Assembly: GCA_037447605.1 (NCBI GenBank)
Contig: CM074804.1
Span: 5,433,909-5,497,908, forward strand
Length of the DNA stretch: 64,000 nucleotides
Direction of reading: 5' to 3'
From: Zygnema circumcarinatum SAG 698-1b
Taxonomy: Eukaryota; Plantae; Zygnematophyceae
Shown: one piece after another, positions 24,300 to 37,217 of the stretch
Layout: each line of letters opens with the position of its first letter
Position numbering within the stretch: position 1 is the first letter of the stretch
Notes under the pieces: model-generated
The model's input: only the letters and a program-made list of their open reading frames with translations
Database searches by the model: none
What the model was told of the DNA's origin: nothing
Position numbers and translations under genes: made by a program

Positions 24300-25870
24300 T
24301 GGCTGCCTTCCTGCCTCTCAGCGGAGGGAGGAAGGGCGGCAGGACGGAATGGTGGGAGGTCGAGAGAAGGTGGAGAGAGGGGCAAGGAGGCGCAGAGGGA
24401 GGGCGGGCGGACGGGCGGGCGGGCGGGCGGGCGGCAAGCGCCACGTGGCGCGGGTTCGTCGTCCCCCCTCCGCGCGCCGGACACTGTCGCCAGGAGCGTC
24501 GCAAGGCGTCGTCCTGCGTCGCCCTCCGTCGCACGGCGTCGCCCGAGCGCGTCGGGCAAGGGGCCGGCGGGCAGCGCGCTGGTTCCCACGTGGCGGCGGG
24601 CCGGGCGGCGCGATCCGAGTGGACGGTGGATTTCACGGTTGGCCGTACGAAATCCGTACAGAGACGTTCAGGGGCGCGGGCGGGCAGGCCACGTGGCGCG
24701 TCGCGGCGCGCTGCCGCCCAGCCCTCGCGCCGGTCCGCTCCCGCGATCGGATCCGACGGCTGCACCCCGCGACGCGCGGCGACCGGCCGCCGTACGGCGC
24801 CCGCCCGCGGCAACTTGAAGCGCGGGCCGCAACCGCGACGGACGCGACGGCCGCCTTCCTCGACCGAGGATTTTTTGCGACGAAGTTGGGATGCCCATTG
24901 GGCCACGTGGCGCGGGCCGTGCGAGTCAAGTCAGGGCTACAGCCGGCGCGGGCAGCGCTACAGTTAGAGCGCGCGGAATTCTTCGCGTTTCGCGTCCAGG
25001 ACCGGCGGCGACGCGCGCGTCCGTCGGCCGTACTGCGGCAACACGACCACCAACACGTGTCGCGTCCGCAATGGCCCGCGCCGTACCGCTTTAGCGCTTG
25101 TCGCAGTCGTACCGCCGTTACCGCGCCATAACGCACGAGCGCCCCGGCATCCCGGGCGCCGCGCCGCCCCGCCTGCATCGGACGAGGGGCCGAGCTCCGC
25201 CGCGCATCGGACGGCGTGCGGGGGCCCGCCCCTCGCACTGGGCGACGCCAACGGACGGCCCGCCGACCACGCGTACGGCGCAACCGACCGGACGGTACCG
25301 TCCGCCGACAGTCTTTACTGCGGTACGGCGCTGGGTGCCGCGCCGCCGGGAAACGGAAAACTGATCATTGAGGCCGTACGGGCGGTGACGCGCCCTGCCT
25401 GTACGAGCGTACGAACGTACGGCCACAAGCGACCGCGGGCGGGCGGGCGGCGGGCGTCACCCCTCCCCGCGCAAGAACGCCGCCGCTTCGCGATAACGGC
25501 GCGCGCCCGCCCGGTCGGGCGGGTCAGAACGAACGAACCTTCAGCGAGGACCGTACGCACGCAGGCGCGACCGCCGCCTGGAACTGGCTCTGGGCATCCA
25601 TGCACGCACATGCATACATGCGCGAAGGCCGCGCCGCGCCGCTCCATGCACGCGCGGGCCGTCCGGCGCGACACGCGAGGCAGGCAGGCAGGCGGCCGTT
25701 CCGCGCTGCCAGGGAGCTGGCGTGGGCCGCAGAGCGCAGCGTCTGGTGGTAGGCTGGCTGGCTGGCTGGCTTGCACGCACCCGCAGCCGTCGACGCCATT
25801 CAGCCCTTCGTTGGGGGAAACACTTGGTGTACGCGACCCATGCCACGCGGGCCACTTAGCGCAAGCGTAG
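24300..25870. promoter_or_regulatory. Very GC/CpG-rich upstream region of DRB2 with four G-box palindromes and a (GGCG)n run
   Basis: GCCACGTGGC at 24440, 24688 and 24902; CCACGTGGC at 24586; GGCG repeats ~24402-24435. Confidence 0.55.
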
Positions 25871-26573
25871 TGCAGAGAATGAAACAAATATGAAAGCACA
25901 GTAGGACGTGTCAATCTTTGACATTTCCAGAAGAGAAAAAAGTAAAATAAAACAAACTAGGTATAAAAAACATATTTCAACAAAACATTTAATTGAGAAC
26001 AGCATTCACGGCAGAGAAACACGACACAGCAGCTAGGAAAAGGCATTTCAAAGGTCAAAAAATGCAAAATTCACCAGTTTAACACAGCTAAAAGCTTACA
26101 ATAACTTATGTTCTCTTATCTTGGCTCTTCAGTAGCCTATGAAGTAAGCAAAAAATTGGCAAAAAGCGAAAAGATCTGTCGAAAAACGCCTTACGGCGAA
26201 TCCGCCCGAAGGTAAGGTCAACCATACGATATTAAAACATGTTGAACAACACACTGTATTGCATGATTATGCGATTGCTCACTTTACTTGATGCACACGT
26301 CTTGTCGACGTCACTGGCGGATCCAGGATTTATGCTAAGCCGCCCGCGACAGGGAGGGCCAAAGTCCTTAGCGCGGCAGGCGCCCGTATCCGAATCGATG
26401 CGAGCCGTAGATTCGCGCCACATGTCGACACCGGACTGGCGAGGCCACTGCCGATCCGGGAGTCCGCTCCCTCCAGATCTCGTAGGATCTGCCACGTTCT
26501 CTGCGGATCCCAGATTCCCGTGGCCAGAACCGGATCCATGCGCGCAGGCCGGCCCTGGCCGCGCATCGCCTGA

Positions 26574-27420
26574 CATCCATCCATCCATCCATCCATCCAT
26601 CCATCCATCCATCCATCCATCCATCCATCCATCCATCCATCCATCCATCCATCCATCCATCCATCCATCCATCCATCCATCCATCCATCCATCCATCCAT
26701 CCATCCATCCATCCATCCATCCATCCATCCATCCATCCATCCATCCATCCATCAATCCATCCATCCATCCATCCATCCATCCATCCATCCATCCATCCAT
26801 CCATCCATCCATCCATCCATCCATCCATCCATCCATCCATCCATCCATCCACCATCCATCCATCCATCCATCCATCCATCCATCCATCCATCCATCCATC
26901 CATCCATCCATCCATCCATCCATCCATCCATCCATCCATCCATCCATCCATCCATCCATCCATCCATCCATCCATCCATCCATCCATCCATCCATCCATC
27001 CATCCATCCATCCATCCATCCATCCATCCATCCATCCATCCATCCATCCATCCATCCATCCATCCATCATCCATCATCCATCCATCCATCCTCCATCCAT
27101 CCATCCATCCATCCATCCATCCATCCATCCATCCATCCATCCATCCATCCATCCATCCATCCATCCATCCATCCAAATCCATCCATCCATCCATCCATCC
27201 ATCCATCCATCCATCCATCCATCCATCCATCCATCCATCCATCCATCCATCCATCCATCCATCCATCCATCCATCCATCCATCCATCCATCCATCCATCC
27301 ATCCATCCATCCATCCATCCATCCATCCATCCATCCATCCATCCATCCATCCATCCATCCATCCATCCATCCATCCATCCATCCATCCATCCATCCATCC
27401 ATCCATCCATCCATCCATCC
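26574..27420. repeat. (CCAT)n/(ATGG)n tetranucleotide microsatellite, ~210 units
   Basis: Near-perfect ~847 bp array with a handful of interruptions (near 26754, 26851, 27068, 27091, 27175). Confidence 0.99.
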
Positions 27421-27617
27421 GCATGGGCCTGCCTGCGCCCTGGGCTGCCCGGCGCCCGCAAGGCAAGCCAGCCCAGCGGCGCCAGGCAGGGCCAGCCTTG
27501 GCCCTGCTGAAGCAGCCTGTACCGCCCCACCCCGCCCCGCCTGCCCTGCCCCGTCTTGCTCTCCTCCCTCGCCTCCCATCGCCGCTGCTGCAGGGGGATC
27601 TCGCAGCTGTTGGCGCC

Positions 27618-30600
27618 ATGTGGCAGTTCCGCTCGGCCTCCGGCAGCAGTATGTGGCTGAGCAGCCTCGCCAACCACTCGGGGAGGCAGGTGTGGGAGTT
27701 CGATCCCGCTGCGGGCACGCCTGAGGACCGCGCTCGAATAGAGGAACTTCGCGCGGATTTCGCTGCAAGCGCCGTGGAGAAAAAGCACAGCAGTGATGAG
27801 ATCATGCGGTTTTTGGTGCAATATTTTTCTCTGGGCTCCGACATTGCTGCAAATCCTCTCTGGTGCACCGCAATTCTGCAAGCACAGTTTTGTTTTTTGG
27901 TCTCTGCATAATCTTTTAGTCCCGGAGTACCCTGCTCAGGGAGTGTGTTCCTTACTAATGAACCGTCCATCTGTAATTAGGATGCTTGGTTCGTTTGGCA
28001 CGAACGCATTTAACAGGTTGGAATGTTTCTCAGCCCTGTGGAAGCAATGTTGTTGTCGAAGATATCGAATGTAGAATTCTAGTTCCACTTTCAAGCTCCT
28101 CATGATCGTTGATTCATATTAGGAGCTATCACGCGCTGCTGCACGCATCAGGACCGTCCATTGTGTCTTGAATACATCGTTCTCCTCATCAGTAACTTTG
28201 TCGAACGTTACCATTAGTGCTTCATGAAAAAGTATGCTGGTGTTGAGCGAGCGTTTCGTATCGCTTGACTAAAGAATTTCATGTCGTCCCCTTTTTTAAG
28301 AGGATGACATTGGATGATTGGAATCGCAAATGGAACATTAGGGTCCAGCTGCCATGATGCATGTGCCTACTTGAACTTCCCACGATCCTATACCAGTCAC
28401 GTTAAATTTGTATGCCACCTGACAACATGAAGTATTGATGCAAGCTCGTAGTACCACCTAGCGAGGTCCACTTGTAGCTCCTTTAGGCGCGGTTTCACGC
28501 ATGGAGTGGCAGCAGAGGATGCAGTCAGGTCATATGGACAAGTTTTTGGATTTCTGGCCCTCAGTCGTTTCTTTCCTTCAACTGGATTTTGAACTGCAGT
28601 TTCTGAAGCAAAACCCTTTGCCAGACATGCCTGCAAAAGTAACACTTTCGAAGGATGGCGATGTTCGTCCTAACGATGCGAAGGACACTTTGGCGCGAGC
28701 AATGCGCTTTTACTCCTCCATTCAAGCGGACGATGGCCATTGGCCTGGTGACTATGGAGGCCCGATGTTTCTGATGCCCGGTTTGGTGCGTGCCTCTTCC
28801 CTACAGTGAAGTATTCAATATTTTTCTTGATTGATTTCTTTATTGTTTTTAATGCTTGACAATGCTTGTTGTTTCTTAAATTGATTGAGGGCTGGTCAGG
28901 CCTTAATCTTTACCTGAATCATTCTCAGGTGCAATAACACAAATTGATGTATAATCTGAGTAGAAGTGTAAATTAAAATTCTACGTATGCTGCTCGGAGA
29001 AATCACCCAGACTTCCTGGCCGAAATCGAATGGGGCTGTAAGGGAAAAACCCAACATTTCAATAGCTTAAAGGAAAACATCTAAGCTGTCAGTTGAACAC
29101 AGGGTCACTTTTAACTCCCTTCAAACTTGAAAAATATTTTAGCAGCCTGCTCAGGTCGAGATTATTACTCGGAGTTAAGTGGAATATGTGCGACTTCGAT
29201 TGATTTTTTTCATAAGGATTAGTAAAGTGGTTTCTTCCAACATTGCTGGCAGAGTTTTTCGCCAAGACTGCCGTCTCTGTTCCTTAAAGGGCGAAGGTCT
29301 AAGCTTGATTAAGGCTTTCGAGAGCTGCTCGTGTTCAAGGAACCTTCTTTCCCTAGTACACCATGTAACGTGACCATGGGTTGTTGATGGATGCTCAGCT
29401 TATCACTCTCTATGTCACGAAGTCTCTCAACACTGTCTTGAACAATGAACATAAGAAGGAGATGATCCGTTACCTGTACAACCATCAGGTATATGTCTTT
29501 CTCATCTCTGCTGAATCAATTACTTATTTTACTTTGTCAAATGTTCTGACTTGTTAGGATGATAGTTGGCTGTATCCAGCTAACCTGCTTCTTCTTCTTC
29601 TTCTTCGCTTTCCGGGGGGGAACGGGGCGACACTTGCAGAACAGTGATGGTGGGTGGGGCCTGCATATCGAGGGGCACAGCACCATGTTTGGCTCAGTTC
29701 TCAGCTACGTTTCCTTGCGCATCTTGGGGGAGGAGGCGGACGGCGGACAGCACCAAGCCATGGAGAGGGGACGCAAGTGGATCCTTAGCCATGGAAGCGC
29801 GACAGCAATCACCTCCTGGGGAAAGTTTTGGCTCTCGGTGAGCATTGGCTGCAGCTCGGCTGCGCTCATTCAGCCAGGAAATCGATGTCTGTGATGATGT
29901 GGTGGATGACTCAAATTCATAATGGACTACACGCTGATGGTAGGCCAAAATTCTAATAGCACATAGTACTGCTATGGAGTAACTCAGGTTCTGGGCGTGT
30001 ACGACTGGGACGGCAACAATCCGTTACCTCCGGAGATTTGGTGTTTGCCTTACTTTCTGCCCATGCATCCCGGTTGGTACCCAACCCTCTCTCTCCCTGT
30101 ATCTGATACAGGTTCTCTTTGTCTTCATCCTGCCGAGGCGTACTTTACTCTAGAGCGTCATTTCGAATTGTTGCAAGGTGGTGACTGTATGCTATCATGG
30201 AGTTCTATTTTTGTCAACCTCGCAGCTGCTAGTACACAGGTACGGCTTTTGGTTTAACTCCAGCAGAGGTTTCTGTGTGCAGGCAGGTTCTGGTGCCATT
30301 GTCGCCAGGTGTACCTGCCCATGAGCTACGTCTACGGCCGCCGTGCGTCTGGAAAGCCATCAGATCTCACGCGTGCACTGCAGCAGGAGCTTTACAATGA
30401 GCCGTACGAGGAGATAGATTGGAACGCTGCTCGGAGTAAATGTGCGAAGGTAGTCCTTAATGCTTTCCTCTGTATTCTGAATGTTGGCAGAAGCATGGTT
30501 TTGAATTAGAGTTCCAAAACATCTCTTTCAAACACTGAGGTGTGGATGTCCATACGTTCTGAAGCGCCCTGCTGTCCGTCAGATTATGTACGTTTACATG

Positions 30601-33600
30601 TGCAGCTGATCTACTTTTGCATGGCTTGCTGTGCCAGGAAGACTTGTACTACCCGCACCCTCTTATCCAGGACCTCCTGTGGTCGGCACTCTACTATGTG
30701 GCCGAGCCACTTCTCCTCAGCTGGCCGGGCACTCGTCTCCGCCGCTATGCGCTCAGCACGGTGATGGAGCACATTCACTATGAGGATGAGAACACGCGTT
30801 ACATTGACATCGGCCCGGTCAACAAGGTGCTGAGTGATTCTCTCCCCGCTCTCCTTGCAGGAACGTCTTGGGGGTGATGGCGCAGGATAACTGCTGTTTC
30901 TGGTCACTTCAAGAACGCCCTTTTCCGTTTGACCCAAGAGTTGTCTTGTCGATTTTGTCTTACCCTTTACTTTCTCGCCCTCTGGTCATACCCAACATGT
31001 CGCTCATGCTTGTCTATCTCGGAAGTATTGCGAGAGCGGCAAGTAACCCGTGCTCTTTAGACGAAGGGCATGTGAGCAGGTTTTGAACATGCTCTGCTGT
31101 TGGCTGGAAGACCCTCATGGAGAAGCCTTTCAGAAGCATCTGCCACGGGTGCTGGACTACCTCTGGCTAGCGGAGGATGGGATGAAGATGCAGGTGATGC
31201 TGTCAGGCCCTTGAAATGGAGGCGGATGGTAGGAAGGGGAGGTCTTCCTAAGGAACCTTCTTGGGGGCTCTTGCATTCATTCGCCTCTTGGAAAGCGCTC
31301 AGATGGAAAAAAAAAAAAAAGGGCTCTAGCTTCGGCATATCGAAGACGCACGTTGCTATCCGGAAATGCACATAAGGCATGTTTGTAATTTCTCTGAAAC
31401 ACATCTTACCTGCCACAGCCATGCATGGTGTGCATCACCTGCCCCAAGCCCTTCATTTGTGAACTGTGGAGCGCAGCCCCCACGGCCCTGCACTGGAGAG
31501 CTGCTCACTGTGGGGTGTGGCCTGAGCCTGCTTTTGCTTCGCAGGGGTACAACGGCAGCCAGTTGTGGGACACCGCGTTTGCAGTGCAGGCACTGGCAGC
31601 CTGCGATATGCTTGAGGAGAGTGCGCCTTCGTTGAAGAAGGCACATATGTACATCGAATCCTCGCAGGTATCGTTCGTTGCGGAATCTATTGGGCAGTTT
31701 ACGGTAGCTTCCAGCAGTCTTTTGTCTCTTCCAGAATTACTGTGGTCATCTGCCAAGCAGCAAAGTAGCACATTTAAAGCTCCTCTCAGAGTTTTTCTTT
31801 CTTGTGTCTGGTTGTTGTCTTCTCAACGCCTGAGTTCGTCCGTCTGCTTGCCCCATTTGCTATTCTGTCTGCTTATTGTCTCCCCTTTGTTTGTAACCCT
31901 CTTGTGCTGCAACCCACAATGCACAGTGTCTTCTGTCTTGCTCGTTGCATGTCTCTTCTAAGAAATGGGAACATGTTACTTAGTTTGACAAACCAGCTCC
32001 TGAGCCGTTGCACATACTTCGACAGATCAGAACAGTAGCCTCGCTCGTCTGATGCAGTTTGGAGGTCGTGGGAATGGCATGGTGCAGGTGCAGGATGAGT
32101 GCCCGGACTTAGAGGCGTACTACCGCCACATCTCCAAAGGGGCATGGCCATTCTCCACGCGTGATCACGGCTGGCCAATCTCTGACTGCTCTTCGGAGGG
32201 TCTCAAGGTAGCCTTTAGACCAACCATCCAACCAACCCAACAGCATGGTCCCCTCCCTACTGCGATGCTTCGTTCACCTCCTTTCACCTGGAGGAGGAGG
32301 GGGAGGGGGGGTGTGGGGGGGGGGGGGAAGGAGAAGGCGGGGGCAGTAGTGGCAAGGTTAATTCGAGCTGCTAAGCCTGTCGGGAATGTTGTGGATTTTA
32401 TTTTTCACCGTAGAGGGCCAATCCCAATGTTGGAGATGTTGAAGCGAGTCCTATTGCGTATGCTGGGCCAAAATATGTATTGCTTTACGAGTGAATGCAG
32501 TTCTCCGTTTGTTACCTTCAACTGTTCGTACCTCTGCCCCTGTTCGACTAAAATTCTGTCTGCCTGCGGTTTGGCTAGACTTGGCAGCACCACTCGCTAA
32601 GATCTGCATAGCATGTCGTGTCTAGAGTCTCTCTACCTTCACCTGAAAATGGAGAATTACAAGAGCTTCGATTATGCCTTTAATGTCTCCTGCCTTCCAA
32701 TTCCACTGGAGGCCAACGTCGCCATGCAGAGCATGCCGGCGCTCACAAGCCTTTCAAGTGTATGACTTTATTCTCGAGCTTGGTGATGTTCACAGGCAGC
32801 CCTAATTTTGGCAAACTTGCCCGAAGCGTTGGTCGGACCTGCGATTTCTCCCGTTCGATTTTTCGACTGTGTAAACGTGATCCTCTCATATCAGGTGCGC
32901 CACAAAGGCCTATTGGCCTCCTCCAGCTATGTTGCCCAGTGCATGCTCGGGCGTCTTGTCACGTCTGCGGCCTCATGTTGTCCAATGCTTCTGTGTCCTC
33001 TCCTAATTTGGTCCTCCTTTACTTTGGATAAAGGCATAAACGACCTATATCCTGCATTGATATTGATATTGATATTGCTGCTTGCTCTTCAGGGAGGCAC
33101 TCTGGCAAGCTTTTCCATGTGAGTCAGCTTTAGGCACTAGGTTACGTTGGGGGGCCGGGACGGCACTTACGGAACATCCAGAAAACGTTACCTGCCCAAA
33201 TAGCCAGAAACGGTAAAACCATAGGAAAGGTTGAGGCAAAGGATCACACAGGCAGTGCAGATGTAGTGTGAAGCTGCCACCATACTGAAGTGAATCCAAG
33301 CTTACATTCAACATACTTCGTTGAGCAGTTTTCATGTTTCAGTTTCATATGGTTTTCTGAGCTCTTGGAGGGGACTCGCAGAATGCAGATGGCGGCATGG
33401 CCACGTATGAAAACACTCGGTCGTACGCATGGCTTGAGGTAGGCAGGCCCTGTGTCTCTCCTTGCAAGGCCTGGCTACGCCTTTACAACGAGCGCCACTC
33501 TGTTTTGCTGATATTCTTTGCGGCTCTGCATGCATTTAGGGGCAGGTAACGCTGCAGACTGTCTGAGTCCATGGAGGGCTTGGCTTGCAGATCATAAACC

Positions 33601-35643
33601 CAGCAGAAACATTTGGAGATATCGTCATTGACTATTCGTAAGTGGTTCTTTGTGACTTACCTGCTACTGCCGTTCCCACTTCTCCGCTAAGGTCTTGAAT
33701 TAAAAAACTTTTAAGGTGAACCTTGGCTTGATGCATGCTGAGGCACTGAGATTTGCAAGTTTATTCGTCCCTCCCCCGCAACCTCGACTTGCATGCCTGC
33801 TTGATGTGCACACTTTATCGCTTTATTTCGGCCATCTTTCTGGCCCTTATGCTTTTCCGTCTGGAGCTGCAGCTATGTGGAATGCACATCGGCATGCATG
33901 ACGGCGTTGGCAATGTTCAGACAAAACTATCCTTATCATCGCTCGAAGGAGATTGAAGATTGTATTGAGAAAGCCCGAAACTATCTTCTCTCCATACAAC
34001 GAAAGGATGGATCCTGGTGAGGACTTGGGGGAGGGGGGCGCTCATCCAAATGTCTGAAGCCATAGTCCCACCGAAGGCAAGTTACTCAAGAAGATGCCAA
34101 TGGAAAATGCCCATGCAGACATCTTATCCTATAGATTGCTTGCCAATACAGTCAACGGCATGCAGTTTCCATAGGAGAATGCTTCATGATCACGCAGGGT
34201 AAGAATCTAATATTATCAAAGCAAAGGATGTGGCATTGATCTCACGATGGCGATGCCATCAAATGTACGGGACAAAATCATCATGGGAAACCACGAGGAG
34301 CTGGTCGCAAAGGACCTAAGGACAAATGGAAAAAGCTAGGAGCGGAAAGGTACGCCTAGGCTTAACAATATTATCCGGCTCTTACTTGGGATTGATGCGG
34401 TGGCAGGTATGGCTCCTGGGGAGTTTGCTTCACCTATGCCACGTGGTTTGGAATTGAAGGCTTGCTCGCTGCGGGCGACACCTATGAGTCATCCGCAGCT
34501 CTGCGGAGGGCGTGTGCCTTCTTGCTGTCGAAACAGCTGCCGTGTGGGGGATGGGGAGAGAGCTACCTATCCTGTCAAAACAAGGTAAAAGAACGCAAGT
34601 GTGATTCAGAAAAACTGGTCGAGGTTAGAAATTAGTTGGCGTGCCTTCAGTTTCGTGCTGTGTGCCTCCAATATACGTCATAGAGGACAGCAACCAATGG
34701 CTGTAAAGAGAAGGCTCCAACGTTGTGACTGTAAGGCTGAGCCGAGCAGGCCAATTCCAGGTGGCAGTCGTGTGATAGGAAGCTGACAAGTACGCCGTTA
34801 ACTCTGGTCTGTACGACAGGGATCTTTGTCATTCAACTTGTAAATAGATTAACTATTTCACTGCTCCTGGAGTGCTATTCAGGCTTAGGTATTTGCTGGA
34901 CTCCGCTACCTTTTTGAATAATTTTCACCTGGGGCGCTCCGCGGTGCAGGAATACACCAACTTGGAGGGAGGCAAGTCACACCTCGTCAACACTTCGTGG
35001 GCGCTGATTGCTCTCATTGATGCAGGCCAGGTATTCACGTTCTTGCAGACTCCAACACTCCACAGCATCTCACCTGCACATGGCATCTTGCATAAGATTC
35101 GTGTCTCACGCCATCATGTCGAATGCAGGCCGAGAGGAATCCCTTGCCGCTGCATGCAGCTGCCAGGGTGCTCATAAATGGACAGCTGGAAAATGGAGAC
35201 TTTCCACAAGAGGTCAGTCCGGTAGCTTCAACTCTGACTGAACTACTTTGTTTCATTTATTATTGGGCTATCTCCATAAACTCTGATGCTTTTGAGCTCA
35301 ATCATTTTTCGCTAGGTCCTATCCGAAAGGTAGATGATGAGGGTGCCCAAATAGACTAGGGGAGATGGGAAAAGGACGGCACAAAGCGGTTCTCCCTTTA
35401 TCGAGGGTAATGCGACTTCACCTGGATTTGAAGGAGATTTGTTCAGAAAGACCATGAAGATTTATCAGTCCTTTTTTATTAACTTTCAATAGCATTGACT
35501 TGTCAGCTTTCTGTTTTCTGTGTCTACAGAGTATCATGGGTGTTTTTAATCGGAACTGCATGATATCTTACTCGGCTTACCGCAACATTTTCCCTGTGTG
35601 GGCACTTGGACTCTACCGAAGTAAGGTTCTTGCCTCGAACTAA
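27618..35643 (+). CDS. CAS1: Cycloartenol synthase (2,3-oxidosqualene cyclase), 18 exons, ~757 aa
   Basis: Exons 27618-27815, 28600-28785, 29399-29488, 29640-29837, 29988-30072, 30283-30449, 30638-30826, 31080-31193, 31545-31667, 32088-32207, 32796-32894, 33382-33438, 33591-33637, 33873-34016, 34407-34584, 34950-35030, 35129-35212, 35530-35643 sum to 2274 nt in frame. [38 protein letters not shown] (Tyr410/His477/Ile481 equivalents diagnostic of CAS) and QW repeats present. Confidence 0.96.
34227..34340 (+). repeat. Short dispersed repeat (~110 bp) in CAS1 intron 14; inverted copy at 47695-47804
   Basis: GATGTG(G/A)CATTGATCTCACGATGGCGATGCCATCAAATG...ATCATCATGGGAAACCACGAG...CTGGTCGCAAA shared, roughly 85-90% identical by eye. 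Confidence 0.85.
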
Positions 35644-36845
35644 CGATGTCGGCTTCCGTCTCCTCCACGTATGATGTATACGTGGACACGTTTTGATGGA
35701 AGCTCCTACCCATGGAACGCCGCCACCTCCTTTTGTGCCGACGCGTCATTCATGGCAGTCTCATGGAGGGTCGCCGAAATTGACATGCCAGAGAGAAATG
35801 CACTGATCGGATCCTTCTGCGTCTGTGTGTTCTTAGATACGGTTGGGGCATGGGGCGAAATCATGTACGCCGATCAAGCCCTGCGATCGTTGCTTATGCT
35901 GAGCACATGCATGCATGTGTGGAGGTGCATGAGTCATAGCATGATTCGTAGTTGCCATGGACGTCTATTACTGCCGTTCCTCAGGATCGTAGCTACTACT
36001 AAGAAGCTTTCGTAGTTGAATGGAGGAAAGAGCTGTAGCGGGTCAATAGCTGACTGCTTTTCGAGCAATCTTGAAATGTGAATTGTCCCTTCCTAGTAAA
36101 AACATCGTGGTTTCTCTGTTGCTCAAGGGTTTGACAATGGGGAAGATTGAAGTTGCTTTCCGAGGAAACACAGGCGAGTTCAGCAAGTGGGCGACGTGTG
36201 GCAGAAGAAGAGCGACTTCAAGGCCAATGCAATGAATTGCTGATGAGTGATTGCCTCGTCTACTTTACCGTCTCCCTTCTACTGAAGTTTGAGTTTCAAA
36301 TTCCTCATTGTGATGTTACTTCCTTTTCTTCCCTGTAGGTTTTCTGTGATTCTGTCGTCAATCCTACCTTTTGTTCTATAAAAACAATTGCATCATCATA
36401 ACGAGTTCTCACAAGAAGTTCAAAGTGCGTCTGAGTTCCCAGGTACAGGACTGAGGAAGGTGGGGTCATTGCGTTTTCAGAAGCCGGGCTCACTGTAGCA
36501 TCACGAATGTGAATGGTTTTATCTGCGATGCGTTGCCCGACTTCGCCAGTGACGAGCGCTGAAGCAAGCACCCGGAATTTGACCGAACCTTCCCGGCTCT
36601 ACAAGGCGGCGCAGCCTCTCGCCTATCCAAGCCACGTCAGCCCTATCTATGCCACGTCGCCCGAAATCGATTGTTGTGATGCCACGTGGCAAATCATCAA
36701 CCCACACCATTTCCCGTTGCCATGTCAGCAAATCGTGCCACGTTAGCCTGCCTGCTCTGGAATAGGCCTCAGGGAGAAGACTAGAAGAGATTGAGCCCCG
36801 CAGGGAAAGGTAGAGGAAGCTGCAGCTGTTACTTTCTGTTCGGCC

Positions 36846-37217
36846 ATGGTTTTCCTCTTCTTTGGAGGAGTGGGCCCTGAAGTCAGACGCGTTGTGAAGA
36901 CGGCCGCAGCCGTCTGTCTTCGCTGCGGGTCTTCAGCGTCGCTTGTTGAAGCGGATCAAGTGCTGAGGGTTTTCTTCCTGCCTGTGTGGCGATGGAAAGG
37001 GGAGGATCTGCTGGTAAGTTGTGACAACTGCAGGCTGATGATGTCCATGGAGAAATATGAACGCATGCAGGAGGAGAGGCGGCAACAGTCTGAGTATTAT
37101 CAGCGAAGGCAGCAGACTCCACCTTTTGAAGCAATATTCGATCGGAACTGCCCTGCTTGCGGAGGGCCGCTCGGAAGAGGATTTCGTTTCTGCCCTAAAT
37201 GTGGAACAGAGGTCTGA
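36846..37217 (+). CDS. Intronless zinc-ribbon protein (zinc_ribbon_15-like plant family), 123 aa
   Basis: MVFLFFGGV...CLRCG...LRVFFLPVWRWKG...CDNC and C-terminal CPACG...FRFCPKCG; GCCATGG start context as in neighbouring genes; G-box at 36681. Confidence 0.88.
   Translation: MVFLFFGGVGPEVRRVVKTAAAVCLRCGSSASLVEADQVLRVFFLPVWRWKGEDLLVSCDNCRLMMSMEKYERMQEERRQQSEYYQRRQQTPPFEAIFDRNCPACGGPLGRGFRFCPKCGTEV

Noticed and set aside
23965-25914. Multiple long ORFs on both strands upstream of DRB2
   Set aside because: GC-skew artefacts with no recognisable motifs or splice support.
26232-27970. Long MDGW/IHPS-repeat ORFs of 100-549 aa
   Set aside because: Stop-free translations of the (CCAT)n microsatellite; not proteins.
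36147-36571. Short ORFs between CAS1 and the zinc-ribbon gene
   Set aside because: No coherent exon chain or motif found on either strand.
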